NCBI GenBank assembly: GCA_017617435.1
Contig: JAFZWF010000008.1
Coordinates: 6,258-70,257 of the forward strand
Length of the DNA: 64,000 bases
Source of the DNA: Bacilli bacterium
Lineage (GTDB): Bacteria; Bacillota_I; Bacilli_A; RF39; UBA660
Direction of reading: 5' to 3'
Shown: one piece after another, positions 1 to 9,133 of the stretch
How the letters are laid out: the number at the start of each line of letters is the position of its first letter
How positions within the stretch are numbered: the first letter of the stretch is position 1
Position numbers and translations under genes: made by a program
The notes under the pieces: generated by a model
Told to the model about the DNA's origin: nothing
The model's database searches: none
The model's input: the letters and a program-made list of their open reading frames with translations, nothing else

Positions 1-37
1 ATTTAACGATTTCATGTTTATCACCAGAAATATTATA

Positions 38-718
38 TCACAAATTTTCACTTTGCTCATTAATACCTGATGTTAAAAATGCTGATACTCTTCCATATAC
101 CATTTGTGAAGATAGTAAAAAACGATATTCTTTATTAACTACTCTTTTTAAAGTTGGTTTAATAATATTTTGATCTACTGATACCTTTAAATATATTGTT
201 GTTAAAACATTGTTTAAACCATAGTTACGACAATCAAATTCAATGTTAAAATTGAATGAATTTATTAAGTCATATGACATTATAATATTTGGTCCAAGAT
301 TATATAAAAATGGGTTATCAGAAATTATACCCATAGGCACAAGAAGATATGTTTTATTTTTTGTAACGATTTTTTTATAATATTTAGATAAATATTTACT
401 ATATAAAATATCGCTAATGTTTTCTTTAAAATCAGCTATGTAACCTTTTAAGTATTTATTTATATTTTCATTATTGAAAGAAACTCCAACTATTTCTTGA
501 TTATTATTATAATTAAAGAAGTACATATCTTGATAATTAATATTATCAAGTTTTAAGATAAAATTATTTAATTCATTTTTTATAATTAATTTATTATTAG
601 AAATAATAAATTCATCTAGTCTTTTCATGTATTTTTTTCCGATACTGTAAATAAAGATATATATGAAAATAGTAATAATTATAAGGAATAAAATAATTTT
701 ATATCTTCTTTTTATCAT
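38..718 (-). CDS. yunB: Sporulation protein YunB-like, N-terminally membrane-anchored
   Basis: 226-aa ORF with one N-terminal TM helix (IILFLIIITIFIYIFIY). Extracytoplasmic domain matches the YunB family in size and pattern. Lies among sporulation genes. Confidence 0.55.
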   Translation of the reverse strand: MIKRRYKIILFLIIITIFIYIFIYSIGKKYMKRLDEFIISNNKLIIKNELNNFILKLDNINYQDMYFFNYNNNQEIVGVSFNNENINKYLKGYIADFKENISDILYSKYLSKYYKKIVTKNKTYLLVPMGIISDNPFLYNLGPNIIMSYDLINSFNFNIEFDCRNYGLNNVLTTIYLKVSVDQNIIKPTLKRVVNKEYRFLLSSQMVYGRVSAFLTSGINEQSENL

Positions 719-755
719 ATTTTATTATATGAAAAAAATGATATAAATATTTATA

Positions 756-1595
756 TCATTTTTTAAAAAAATTAATTCCTAAGAAATTATTAAGTAAGAA
801 GAAAATACCAAGTATTAAAGCAACAATAATAATAACAGTAACGATAATCAAAGCTATTTTATGTCCTTTAACTTCTTTCTTTAAGTCTTCAAAGTCATCA
901 AAATCATTTTGAGTAAATGCAGTTGTTGTAGTGTAAAATGATTTATCTAAAGTTTCATCATCTTCTTCAACAGCACTATTTAAAGTATTAGTAATTTCTT
1001 CCTGCATTCCCTCAAGGACAACCGTGTTATCGTCACCTTTTAAGTCTGGGAATAAATCAAGAGGATCTTCAGATTTTTGTTTATTTTCCAACTCTTTTTG
1101 AGTTATTGTATTGATAAGTTCTAGTAACTCAGCATTATCAACTTTTTCATCTTCTTTTTCTAGAGTTTCTTTTTTATTATTTGATAAATTTAAGTCTTTT
1201 AAAATGTCATACTGCGTATCTCTTAGTTTTTTATAGCGATTTTTTTCATATTCAACATTTTCTTCCTCTTTTGCTTTTTCTAATATAAGATTAATGTCAT
1301 ACTCTTTAGTTTCGATTTGTTCAATTTCTTCTGTTTTCTCTTCTTCAGGTATTGTTATTGATTTTCTTTTTGGGGCTTCATTATATCTCGTTTCTAATAT
1401 TCTTTTAATATGTTCAATATCTATATTTGTTCCGTTATCTGAAAGTACAGTAGCATTTGTTTTAACGGTAAAATTATCAATATCTTCAGAAGATATTTTT
1501 TTATACAAATCTTCATTTTTTTGATATCTATAACCAATGTCTTCGTGAGCATCAGTATATTTTTCCATTCTTGTTTGCATATCAACTGTCCCCAA
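756..1595 (-). CDS. Hypothetical acidic protein with C-terminal TM anchor
   Basis: 279-aa ORF, Glu/Asp/Lys-rich. Single C-terminal TM helix (IALIIVTVIIIVALILGIFFLL). No recognisable catalytic motif. Confidence 0.6.
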   Translation of the reverse strand: MGTVDMQTRMEKYTDAHEDIGYRYQKNEDLYKKISSEDIDNFTVKTNATVLSDNGTNIDIEHIKRILETRYNEAPKRKSITIPEEEKTEEIEQIETKEYDINLILEKAKEEENVEYEKNRYKKLRDTQYDILKDLNLSNNKKETLEKEDEKVDNAELLELINTITQKELENKQKSEDPLDLFPDLKGDDNTVVLEGMQEEITNTLNSAVEEDDETLDKSFYTTTTAFTQNDFDDFEDLKKEVKGHKIALIIVTVIIIVALILGIFFLLNNFLGINFFKK

Positions 1596-1691
1596 TCTAA
1601 TAAAATAATAACATATAATTAGTATTTTTTAAATATTAATAATTGATTTTAATATTGTTTTTTTTTATAATTAAAGAGGTGATTAAAAATT

Positions 1692-1955
1692 ATGGAAAAA
1701 ATTAAAGTTGACGAAGAAAAATGCATTGGTTGTGGTGCATGCCTTGCAATTGATAGCGAACATTTTGATATTAATGATAATGGATTATCTCATGTAATTA
1801 ATAATGAAAATCTAAATTCTTCTGCTTTACAAAGTGCTATTGAATCTTGTCCAACAGGTGCTATTAGTAAAGGTGAATGTTGTGATTGCTGTGATGATTG
1901 TACTAGTGATGAAACTTGCAATTGTGGTTGTGAAGACTGCGAGTGTGGAAAATAA
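1692..1955 (+). CDS. Single-cluster 4Fe-4S ferredoxin with Cys/acidic C-terminal tail
   Basis: CIGCGAC...CP motif typical of small ferredoxins. GGAGG-like RBS (agaggtga) upstream. C-terminal 27 residues carry about 10 Cys (GECCDCCDDCTSDETCNCGCEDCECGK). Confidence 0.85.
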   Translation: MEKIKVDEEKCIGCGACLAIDSEHFDINDNGLSHVINNENLNSSALQSAIESCPTGAISKGECCDCCDDCTSDETCNCGCEDCECGK

Positions 1956-1985
1956 AAAATATTCCTAAAAGGAATATTTTTTTTA
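1955..1985. terminator. Bidirectional rho-independent terminator between ferredoxin and rluB
   Basis: Hairpin aatattcc-taaa(a)-ggaatatt, flanked by an A-run and a T-run. Confidence 0.75.
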
Positions 1986-2693
1986 TAAACTATATAACTT
2001 TTTTACTTCTTTAATTGTAAGATTGCGATACTCGCCAGATTTTAAATTGTTTACATTTAAAAATGCATAATTTGTTCTAGTAAGTTTTATAACATCATGA
2101 TGTAAACTTGCAAAGATATTACGTACTATATGATTTCTTCCTTCAACTATCGTAATTTCGACCATACAAGTATTTTTTTCTATATCTTTTGATTTAATCT
2201 TAAAATTACTTGTATCAACTTTTCTATTATCAATTACTATACCTTTTTTCAATTTTATAATATCTTCATTTGTTAATATACCTTCTAGTTTAGCAAGGTA
2301 TGTTTTTTTTACGTTATTTTTAGGATGCATAAGATAGTTTGCTAAACTACCATCATTAGTTAGTATTAATAAACCTGTTGTGTCGTAATCAAGTCTTCCA
2401 ACAGGATAGATACGCAAGTTTGTATCTATTAAATCAACAACTGTTTTTCTACCCTTTTCATCTTTACTTGAACATATAACTTCGCGAGGTTTATTTAATA
2501 AATAATATACTTTTTTTTCTTCTTTATTTAACTCAACATCATCAATTGTGATAATATCACTAGTACTTACCTTTGTTCCAAGCTCAGTTATTAGCTTTCC
2601 ATTAACTTTAACTCTTGACTCTAAAATAAGTTTCTCAGCATTTCTTCTTGATGTATAACCACTATTTGCTATTACTTTTTGTAAACGCTCCAT
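1983..2693 (-). CDS. rluB: 16S/23S rRNA pseudouridine synthase, RsuA/RluB family
   Basis: N-terminal S4 domain (RLQKVIANSGYTSRRNAEKLI...V.VNG). Catalytic core motif GRLDYDTTGLLILTNDG. Confidence 0.9.
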   Translation of the reverse strand: MERLQKVIANSGYTSRRNAEKLILESRVKVNGKLITELGTKVSTSDIITIDDVELNKEEKKVYYLLNKPREVICSSKDEKGRKTVVDLIDTNLRIYPVGRLDYDTTGLLILTNDGSLANYLMHPKNNVKKTYLAKLEGILTNEDIIKLKKGIVIDNRKVDTSNFKIKSKDIEKNTCMVEITIVEGRNHIVRNIFASLHHDVIKLTRTNYAFLNVNNLKSGEYRNLTIKEVKKLYSL

Positions 2694-2726
2694 ATATAAC
2701 CACCAAAAAAATTATATCATAATTAT

Positions 2727-3230
2727 TTATAAAAAGAAAAAATAAGCAAGAAAAAAGCCTAGTAATATACCGATTAAATCTACTATTAAACCTATTTTAA
2801 GTGTATTTTTTATATTTTTAATACCAATACTCCCATAATATAGTGCAATTACATAAATAGTTGTTTCTGTAGATCCTTGAATAAGTGATCCGAGTAGACC
2901 ATTAAAGGAATCAGGACTATACTTAGAAAAAACATCTGATAATATTCCAAGGGTGGCACTACCAGAAACTGGTCTTAATATCATCATTGATAATACTTCA
3001 GGTGATATTAATCTAATATTTTTTATAATATTAAACATAAAATTACTTTTTAAAAATATTTCAATAGCAAATACCATTGTAATAATTGTTGGCGTTATAT
3101 CAATTATTACATTAAAGCCTTCTTTACAACCATTTAAAAATGACTCATATACATTTACCTTATGAATAAGCCCATAAACAATTATTACTAAAGCTATAAT
3201 TGGAAGAATATAATTACTTATATTATTCAT
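2727..3230 (-). CDS. spmB: Spore maturation protein B
   Basis: Polytopic membrane protein directly after spmA. Likely start is the internal ATG forming an ATGA overlap with the spmA stop (3227-3230). Matches the dacB-spmA-spmB order of Bacillus. Confidence 0.8.
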   Translation of the reverse strand: MNNISNYILPIIALVIIVYGLIHKVNVYESFLNGCKEGFNVIIDITPTIITMVFAIEIFLKSNFMFNIIKNIRLISPEVLSMMILRPVSGSATLGILSDVFSKYSPDSFNGLLGSLIQGSTETTIYVIALYYGSIGIKNIKNTLKIGLIVDLIGILLGFFLAYFFFL

Positions 3231-3802
3231 GATTTGTTTCTCCATAAATAATTTATTAAAATACCAAATAAACATGATAAGAATGTAATAATAATTGATG
3301 GAATTAATATTATAAATGGATTAGTACTAGCATATGATATTCTAAGTGTTATAACCATAGATGGAATTATAGTTACGCCTGCTGTATTTATAACTAAAAA
3401 GGTTTGCATTTCATATGATGCTTCTTTCTTATTTGGATTTAATTTTTGAAGTTCCTTCATTGCTTTTAAACCAAATGGTGTTGCAACACTTCCTAAACCC
3501 AGCATATTTGCAGCTATATTTGAGGATATATAATCTAGTGCTTTACTATCTTTTTTAATAGATGGAAAAAGTTTTTTTAATAAAGGATTCAATAAAGCGG
3601 AAAACTTATTTAATAAATTACTTTCCTCAGCTATTTTCATTAAGCCAGACCATAAAATTATTCCTGGAAGAATTTTTATAAGAAGATCAAATCCTGAATT
3701 AATTGATGTAATTAAATCATTATTTATGTTAGATACATTTCCAGTAATAAAATAAAAAATAGTTCCAATAAAAATAAGAAAAGTCCAAATTAATGATATC
3801 AT
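3227..3802 (-). CDS. spmA: Spore maturation protein A
   Basis: 191-aa nucleoside-recognition-type membrane protein. Coupled start/stop junction with dacB (both ORFs share position 3802). Conserved operon context. Confidence 0.8.
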   Translation of the reverse strand: MISLIWTFLIFIGTIFYFITGNVSNINNDLITSINSGFDLLIKILPGIILWSGLMKIAEESNLLNKFSALLNPLLKKLFPSIKKDSKALDYISSNIAANMLGLGSVATPFGLKAMKELQKLNPNKKEASYEMQTFLVINTAGVTIIPSMVITLRISYASTNPFIILIPSIIITFLSCLFGILINYLWRNKS

Positions 3803-4833
3803 TATATATATGCTTTCTTTTTACATTTTAAATATAGTGGGATTTCATAAATGCCCTTATTTTTTTTATATAATTTTATACTACCAATTATTATATTATT
3901 TTTTGGTTTAATATTTGAATTAATAATATATTCAAGATATAAATCATTAAACTGTGATTTTTTTATTAATAAACTATAATTATCTTTAATATAAAAATCA
4001 CAACCTCTACTTTTAAAATAACTATCAGAAATATTAATGTTTGATTTGTTTAGAACTGTTACCTTTTCATATTCATTAAAAATATTTTTATATTTATTAA
4101 CATGATAACTAAAATCATCACTCATGTTAAGCGTTACAATTATAATATTAATATTATTATTAGATGCTGTAGTAATAAGTGTTCTTTTAGCTTTTTTTGT
4201 ATAACCTGTTTTTCCTCCAGTAACACTCTTATACATCGTTAATGCTTTGTTTTTGTTATACCAAATATGTGTATTAATGTTAGTTTTGCATTTATATTTT
4301 TTAGTTTTAAATATTTTCTTAAAAGTTTTATTTTTCATTGCTTTAGACGTTAATATGGCCATGTCGTATGCTGTTGAAATATTTCCCTGTTCATTATCAT
4401 CTAGTCCGGTTGGATTATAAAATGTCGTATTCATCATATTTATTTTCTTTGCTTCTTTGTTCATCATTCTAACAAAGTTTTCAACGCTTCCACCAACATA
4501 ACCAGCAAGAACAACAGCAGCATCATTACCACTTCTTAGCATCATACCATATAGTAAATCTTCTACAGTTAACGTTTCACCTTTTTTTAAGTATATACTA
4601 CTTCCATGGGTTGTTAGTATTTCATCACCCACAGTTACAACCTCATCAAGATTTACACTTTTTATTACGATATATGCTGTCATTACCTTTGTAATTGATG
4701 CAATTAGTCTTTTTTCGTGCATGTTATTTTCTTCTATAACATCATGCGTGTCTTGATCCATAATAACATATGAAGCTTTTATATTAGGCATAAATATTAA
4801 TAATGTAAAAATAAGAATAATTATTTTTTTCAT
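3802..4833 (-). CDS. dacB: D-alanyl-D-alanine carboxypeptidase (S11, sporulation DacB/PBP5*-like)
   Basis: Signal peptide. SxxK (ASITK), SxN (RSGND) and KTG (GKTGYT) penicillin-binding motifs. Followed by spmA-spmB. Confidence 0.9.
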   Translation of the reverse strand: MKKIIILIFTLLIFMPNIKASYVIMDQDTHDVIEENNMHEKRLIASITKVMTAYIVIKSVNLDEVVTVGDEILTTHGSSIYLKKGETLTVEDLLYGMMLRSGNDAAVVLAGYVGGSVENFVRMMNKEAKKINMMNTTFYNPTGLDDNEQGNISTAYDMAILTSKAMKNKTFKKIFKTKKYKCKTNINTHIWYNKNKALTMYKSVTGGKTGYTKKAKRTLITTASNNNINIIIVTLNMSDDFSYHVNKYKNIFNEYEKVTVLNKSNINISDSYFKSRGCDFYIKDNYSLLIKKSQFNDLYLEYIINSNIKPKNNIIIGSIKLYKKNKGIYEIPLYLKCKKKAYI

Positions 4834-4867
4834 ATTTTAAATATATGAATATAAAAAAAATATATGT

Positions 4868-5407
4868 TTAATTTTCTTCTTTGTAAATACCATGAATCTT
4901 TTCAAGATCAGAATCTGTCGGTTGCTCTAAATGCCATTTTCCGTTTCTAAATTCTAAATAAAAAATGATTTCATAATCAACACTCTTTGTTGTTTTTTTC
5001 ATTAAGTTAAGTTTATAAGACAAGTATTTTTCGTTATCAAAAATATTTTCTTCATTATAGAATTCTTTTAAATTTTCGCTTAAATAATCTAAGGATTCTT
5101 CTTCTGCTTTATTTAAATCAATTACATTTATATTAACCTTAATTAAGGCTTTATCCCCGTCATATTCTTCAGATATAACGTCATACTTTAGTGATTTATA
5201 TTCCCTATATAAAATATCTTTATATAATTTTTTTTGCTCAACTGTGTAATCAACATTTGAGTTAATTATATACTCTACTTCTTCTTTAACATTAGAATTT
5301 AAGTTTTTAAAATCATTTAAATAGTTATATACTTCATTTCTTGCTGAAGTATTATTATTACAACTGCAAAGTAAAATAGCTATAATTATAATGAAGATTT
5401 TTTTCAT
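4868..5407 (-). CDS. Putative lipoprotein
   Basis: Signal peptide with lipobox-like LLCSC. 179 aa, hydrophilic mature part. Confidence 0.6.
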   Translation of the reverse strand: MKKIFIIIIAILLCSCNNNTSARNEVYNYLNDFKNLNSNVKEEVEYIINSNVDYTVEQKKLYKDILYREYKSLKYDVISEEYDGDKALIKVNINVIDLNKAEEESLDYLSENLKEFYNEENIFDNEKYLSYKLNLMKKTTKSVDYEIIFYLEFRNGKWHLEQPTDSDLEKIHGIYKEEN

Positions 5408-5435
5408 ATTTCACCTTTTAGGTATTATATGTAAT

Positions 5436-5642
5436 TTATTTATTTTTATGATAAATATATTTAAAATAAAATATAAGATATATTATGTAAAAAAGGTAAT
5501 ATATAAAATTAATTTTAATAGAATAATATATTTTTAAAAAAATACTTTCCTTAAAACTTAAAAAGTTAAAATTTATAATAAACAAAAAGATAATAAATGA
5601 TGTAAATATAAGACCAATGAATTTATATAATAATTTAAGCAT
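5436..5642 (-). CDS. Small hydrophobic protein (uncertain)
   Basis: 68-aa ORF in extremely AT-rich DNA with two predicted TM segments. No RBS checked. Confidence 0.3.
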   Translation of the reverse strand: MLKLLYKFIGLIFTSFIIFLFIINFNFLSFKESIFLKIYYSIKINFIYYLFYIIYLIFYFKYIYHKNK

Positions 5643-5683
5643 AATTCCTCCTTAAATAATTATATTTAATTAGGTGATATAAA

Positions 5684-6313
5684 TTGCTATTTTATTTTTT
5701 ATATACTCTTATATTTAATAATTTACTATATTTAATAAATGTAAAAGAAATATATTTATTAGTAATAAATTTATTTGATAATGTTAATAATAATTATTTC
5801 TTTTTAGGAATATTTATTGGTATATTTTTTAAATTAATTTATTTTTCAATAAAGAAATTTAAAGATAAAAGAACATATAAATATGCTCTTTTATCTTTAC
5901 TTGATATATTTAAAATACTATTTATTTCATATAATATCTATTTAATTATTTTAGGTTTAGTAATTAGTCTAATTTTAAAATATTTTTTAAAGAATAATTA
6001 TATTAGTAGTAATTTAATTAAATTATTATTAATAATTATTTACATATTTACACCAATTTTGATTATTTTTATTTTAAACTCTATTTATAATAAAAATGAT
6101 TTAAGTGAAGTTTTGCTTTCTTTCGAAGTTTTAGTTTTCATCATTTTGTTTAAACCATTTGAACTAATAAATGTAAGCATTAAAACAATGATTGGTTTTA
6201 TAATTATATTTTTGTTTACTTTTAATACTTTAAAAAAAAGTATTAAAAAAAGAAATATTATTTTAATATTTCTTTTAATAATTACTTTAATTTATTACTC
6301 GGTAATATCCTGA
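5684..6313 (+). CDS. Polytopic membrane protein, unknown function
   Basis: 209-aa ORF with about 6 hydrophobic segments. An open frame this long is unlikely by chance in such AT-rich DNA. Its 3' end overlaps the convergent rmuC. Confidence 0.5.
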   Translation: MLFYFLYTLIFNNLLYLINVKEIYLLVINLFDNVNNNYFFLGIFIGIFFKLIYFSIKKFKDKRTYKYALLSLLDIFKILFISYNIYLIILGLVISLILKYFLKNNYISSNLIKLLLIIIYIFTPILIIFILNSIYNKNDLSEVLLSFEVLVFIILFKPFELINVSIKTMIGFIIIFLFTFNTLKKSIKKRNIILIFLLIITLIYYSVIS

Positions 6314-7422
6314 TCTAAGTAATCAATTGATAAAGAATCATCCTCTTCATCAATATATGAATTTTTTAAAGATGATACATCAGCTTTACTGATAGAATCA
6401 AATCTTTTTGAGATTTTTTCACTAGTTGTATGAAGTTCTTTAACACTTTTATTAACTGTATCAATGTTTCTTGATAGTTTATCCCATCTTTCTTTATATC
6501 TAGAAAAATCAATACTTAAACGATTTAATTCATCGTGAATAACTTTAGCATATTTATCTCTTTCCATATTTTTAAGAATCATTGATATAACGGATAAAGT
6601 ACTCATTAGAGTTGTTGGTGATGTAATCCATACTTTTTTGTTATAAGCATCTTTAAGTAAGTCTTGGTGATATGCATTTACTTCTGCAAATATTGCTTCA
6701 GCTGGTAAGAACATGATAGCTTCACTAGCTGTTTCACCAGGTAAGATATACTTTGTTGCAATTGCATCAATATGCTTTTTAAAATCAATTTTAAATTGTT
6801 TTTCTGCAACTTTTCTTTCTTCGGCACTTAATCCCTTGTTAGTCATTCTTTCATAGTTTTCAAGTGGGAATTTACTATCAATACAGATAGTACCAAGTGG
6901 TGCTGGTGCATAAAGAATTGCATCTGCGATAAATCCATTAGATAACTTGTGCTGCATTTCATAAATGCCATCATTATGTTCACCAAATATATTAGATAAT
7001 ATATATTGTAAGTTTACTTCACCAAATGTACCACGTGTTTTTTTATCAGTTAACACACTTTGTAGTGATACTATTTCTGTTGAAAGAGAATCAATTTTTT
7101 TCTGTGCTTCATCAATTTTTGTAAGTCTTTCAATTACACTACTAAAAGTCTTATTTGTCTTTTCAAAGTTTTGATCTAATCTTTCGTTTACTTGATCATT
7201 TATTCGATTTAATTTTCTTTCTATTCTTTCGTTAAGTTTATCAAAATCATCTCTTAGTTCACGATAAAAATCATTATTAAAATCTGCTATATCTTTAGTA
7301 ATATTCGTTTCAAGACGACCCATTCTTTCAGTTACATCACTTGCTCCATTATTTCGAAGTAAAACTACTAATAATAGAAGAATAACTAAACCCAATAAAC
7401 CTATAATTACATATAAAAGCAT
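6295..7422 (-). CDS. rmuC: DNA recombination protein RmuC
   Basis: N-terminal TM helix, long coiled-coil, and conserved RmuC C-terminal domain (FGEVNL..IL, VIMFLPAEAIFAEV-type segment). Confidence 0.85.
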   Translation of the reverse strand: MLLYVIIGLLGLVILLLLVVLLRNNGASDVTERMGRLETNITKDIADFNNDFYRELRDDFDKLNERIERKLNRINDQVNERLDQNFEKTNKTFSSVIERLTKIDEAQKKIDSLSTEIVSLQSVLTDKKTRGTFGEVNLQYILSNIFGEHNDGIYEMQHKLSNGFIADAILYAPAPLGTICIDSKFPLENYERMTNKGLSAEERKVAEKQFKIDFKKHIDAIATKYILPGETASEAIMFLPAEAIFAEVNAYHQDLLKDAYNKKVWITSPTTLMSTLSVISMILKNMERDKYAKVIHDELNRLSIDFSRYKERWDKLSRNIDTVNKSVKELHTTSEKISKRFDSISKADVSSLKNSYIDEEDDSLSIDYLDQDITE

Positions 7423-7433
7423 TAAAACTTCAC

Positions 7434-8015
7434 CTACTCTAAATTATATTTTTTACTAATTAATTTACTTATTAAAAAACCACCTAAAAGCATTAAACCT
7501 ACAACGATTAAATATGTTGGATGCTTTAAACATTTAATTAAACTAAAACCAAAGAATCCCCAGAAAATAGTTATAAATATTTTAGCAATAATTTCTGCTG
7601 TCATATATTTTTTTAAAGGCATGTCTGATACAGCTGCAAGTAAATTTATCATAAATGCAGGTGTAAATGGCATTGATATAATTGTTGTTAAAGTTTCTAT
7701 TTTTATATTTTTATATCTTTTTACTAAACTATTAAGTTTTTGTCTATCTTTATAAAATTTGTGTGCTTTCTTACTTAATAATTTATTAAATACAATATAA
7801 AATAGTAAACAACCAAGTACTGAACATATATATGAAATTATGAATCCAAGTACATATCCAAAAATAAGTAAATTAAAAGTAACAAAAATGAACATAGGTA
7901 AAAATGGTAGTATTGGTTCAATAATTATTAAAAGGCAACAAAGAATGCCACCCCAAATGCCAGCTGACTCTAATAAATTATTTAAAATTGTATTTAAATT
8001 ATTAATCCATGCCAT
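7434..8015 (-). CDS. TVP38/TMEM64 (DedA-related) family membrane protein
   Basis: 193 aa, multi-TM. Segments such as MPFTPAFMINLLAAVS are typical of the SNARE-associated/TVP38 family. Confidence 0.7.
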   Translation of the reverse strand: MAWINNLNTILNNLLESAGIWGGILCCLLIIIEPILPFLPMFIFVTFNLLIFGYVLGFIISYICSVLGCLLFYIVFNKLLSKKAHKFYKDRQKLNSLVKRYKNIKIETLTTIISMPFTPAFMINLLAAVSDMPLKKYMTAEIIAKIFITIFWGFFGFSLIKCLKHPTYLIVVGLMLLGGFLISKLISKKYNLE

Positions 8016-8078
8016 AATAAAATCACATATATATTATATAACATTTTTAAAGTAAAATAATATATTTTTTACTTTATT

Positions 8079-8333
8079 TTACTTTATAACATTAGTTACA
8101 TCATAACCATAAACAGTTAATATATTAGTAGCTTTTTTACTTTTAATACCACCTGAACATATTAAAAAATATTTATTATTTTTATTTAAATATTTTTGAT
8201 GATTAAAAATAAGTTCATTATATGGAATATTAATACTATTTGGAACTTTATTATTTAAAGCTTCATATTTTGCTCTTATATCAATTAATATGCCCATATA
8301 TGGTTTATAATTATCTAATTTAATCGTGTTCAA
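8079..8333 (-). CDS. Rhodanese-like single-domain protein
   Basis: 84 aa with an active-site loop ICSGGIKS of the CxGGxxS type. Confidence 0.7.
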   Translation of the reverse strand: MNTIKLDNYKPYMGILIDIRAKYEALNNKVPNSINIPYNELIFNHQKYLNKNNKYFLICSGGIKSKKATNILTVYGYDVTNVIK

Positions 8334-8392
8334 AATAAATCACCTATTTACTATATATGAATATATAAGTGTAGGTGATTATTACATATAAC

Positions 8393-8424
8393 TAAAAAAG
8401 TGAACACTTTTAAGTGTTCACTTA
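8393..8424 (-). terminator. Rho-independent terminator after the 192-aa gene
   Basis: Near-perfect palindrome aagtgaacactt/aagtgttcactt, followed on the minus strand by a T-run. Confidence 0.75.
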
Positions 8425-9003
8425 TTAACTTCTTGCTTGAGACTCCATTGCGTCTTGGTGATTTTGAATCATTGCATCCATATATTTAATTAAAAAATAA
8501 TTATTTAAATCTGTATATCTCATATTTTTCTTGTCTTTAATACCATTTTCATATTCTGTAGAGTCAACTGTAGTATTGTCAATATAACCAGTAAATTCTC
8601 TACCTCTTACAGCAATAATATTTCTTTTTTGAATACCTCTTCCTTCTTCTTTTGAAAAAGATATTTGTTGATACTGTATTACATTAACATCTTTACGATC
8701 AATAAATATTAAACCTATACGATATGAATCTTGTTCTTCTTCTCCATTATTTACATCTTCAAATTTTTGTGTTTCTTCATTTAGCATTTTTTTAGGTATT
8801 TCACTTTTTCTTTTAGCATATACAGGTATATTAATTGATCCATCACTTGAAACGTTTGATGCACCATATGTTATATCACAATTTTCATCTTGTGTTGTTT
8901 GTTTAATAAAACAATCAACTACATGAGATCCATCAAAATGTTCTGGAGTTAGTGTTTTGTAATATTTTTGTAAATAACCTAATATTTTAGCTTCGCTATC
9001 CAT
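8425..9003 (-). CDS. Hypothetical cytoplasmic protein
   Basis: 192-aa ORF bracketed by its own terminator and by the T4SS terminator. No recognisable motifs. Confidence 0.6.
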   Translation of the reverse strand: MDSEAKILGYLQKYYKTLTPEHFDGSHVVDCFIKQTTQDENCDITYGASNVSSDGSINIPVYAKRKSEIPKKMLNEETQKFEDVNNGEEEQDSYRIGLIFIDRKDVNVIQYQQISFSKEEGRGIQKRNIIAVRGREFTGYIDNTTVDSTEYENGIKDKKNMRYTDLNNYFLIKYMDAMIQNHQDAMESQARS

Positions 9004-9096
9004 ATTATCACTTCCTATATATAATATAAATTATAAACACTATGTACGTAAAGAATTATTGCTTTATAGTGTAAAATATATGTTAATTGCTTTTTC

Positions 9097-9133
9097 ATAA
9101 AAAAACTAAAACAATAAATTTGTTTTAGTTTTT
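9097..9133 (-). terminator. Strong rho-independent terminator closing the T4SS gene block
   Basis: Hairpin aactaaaaca...tgttttagtt directly after the coupling-protein stop codon. A-run and T-run on both sides. Confidence 0.8.

Noticed and set aside
1-37. Possible start of another minus-strand gene at the left edge (ATG at 13-15, reading out of the window).
   Set aside because: Only five codons are visible, so it cannot be supported.
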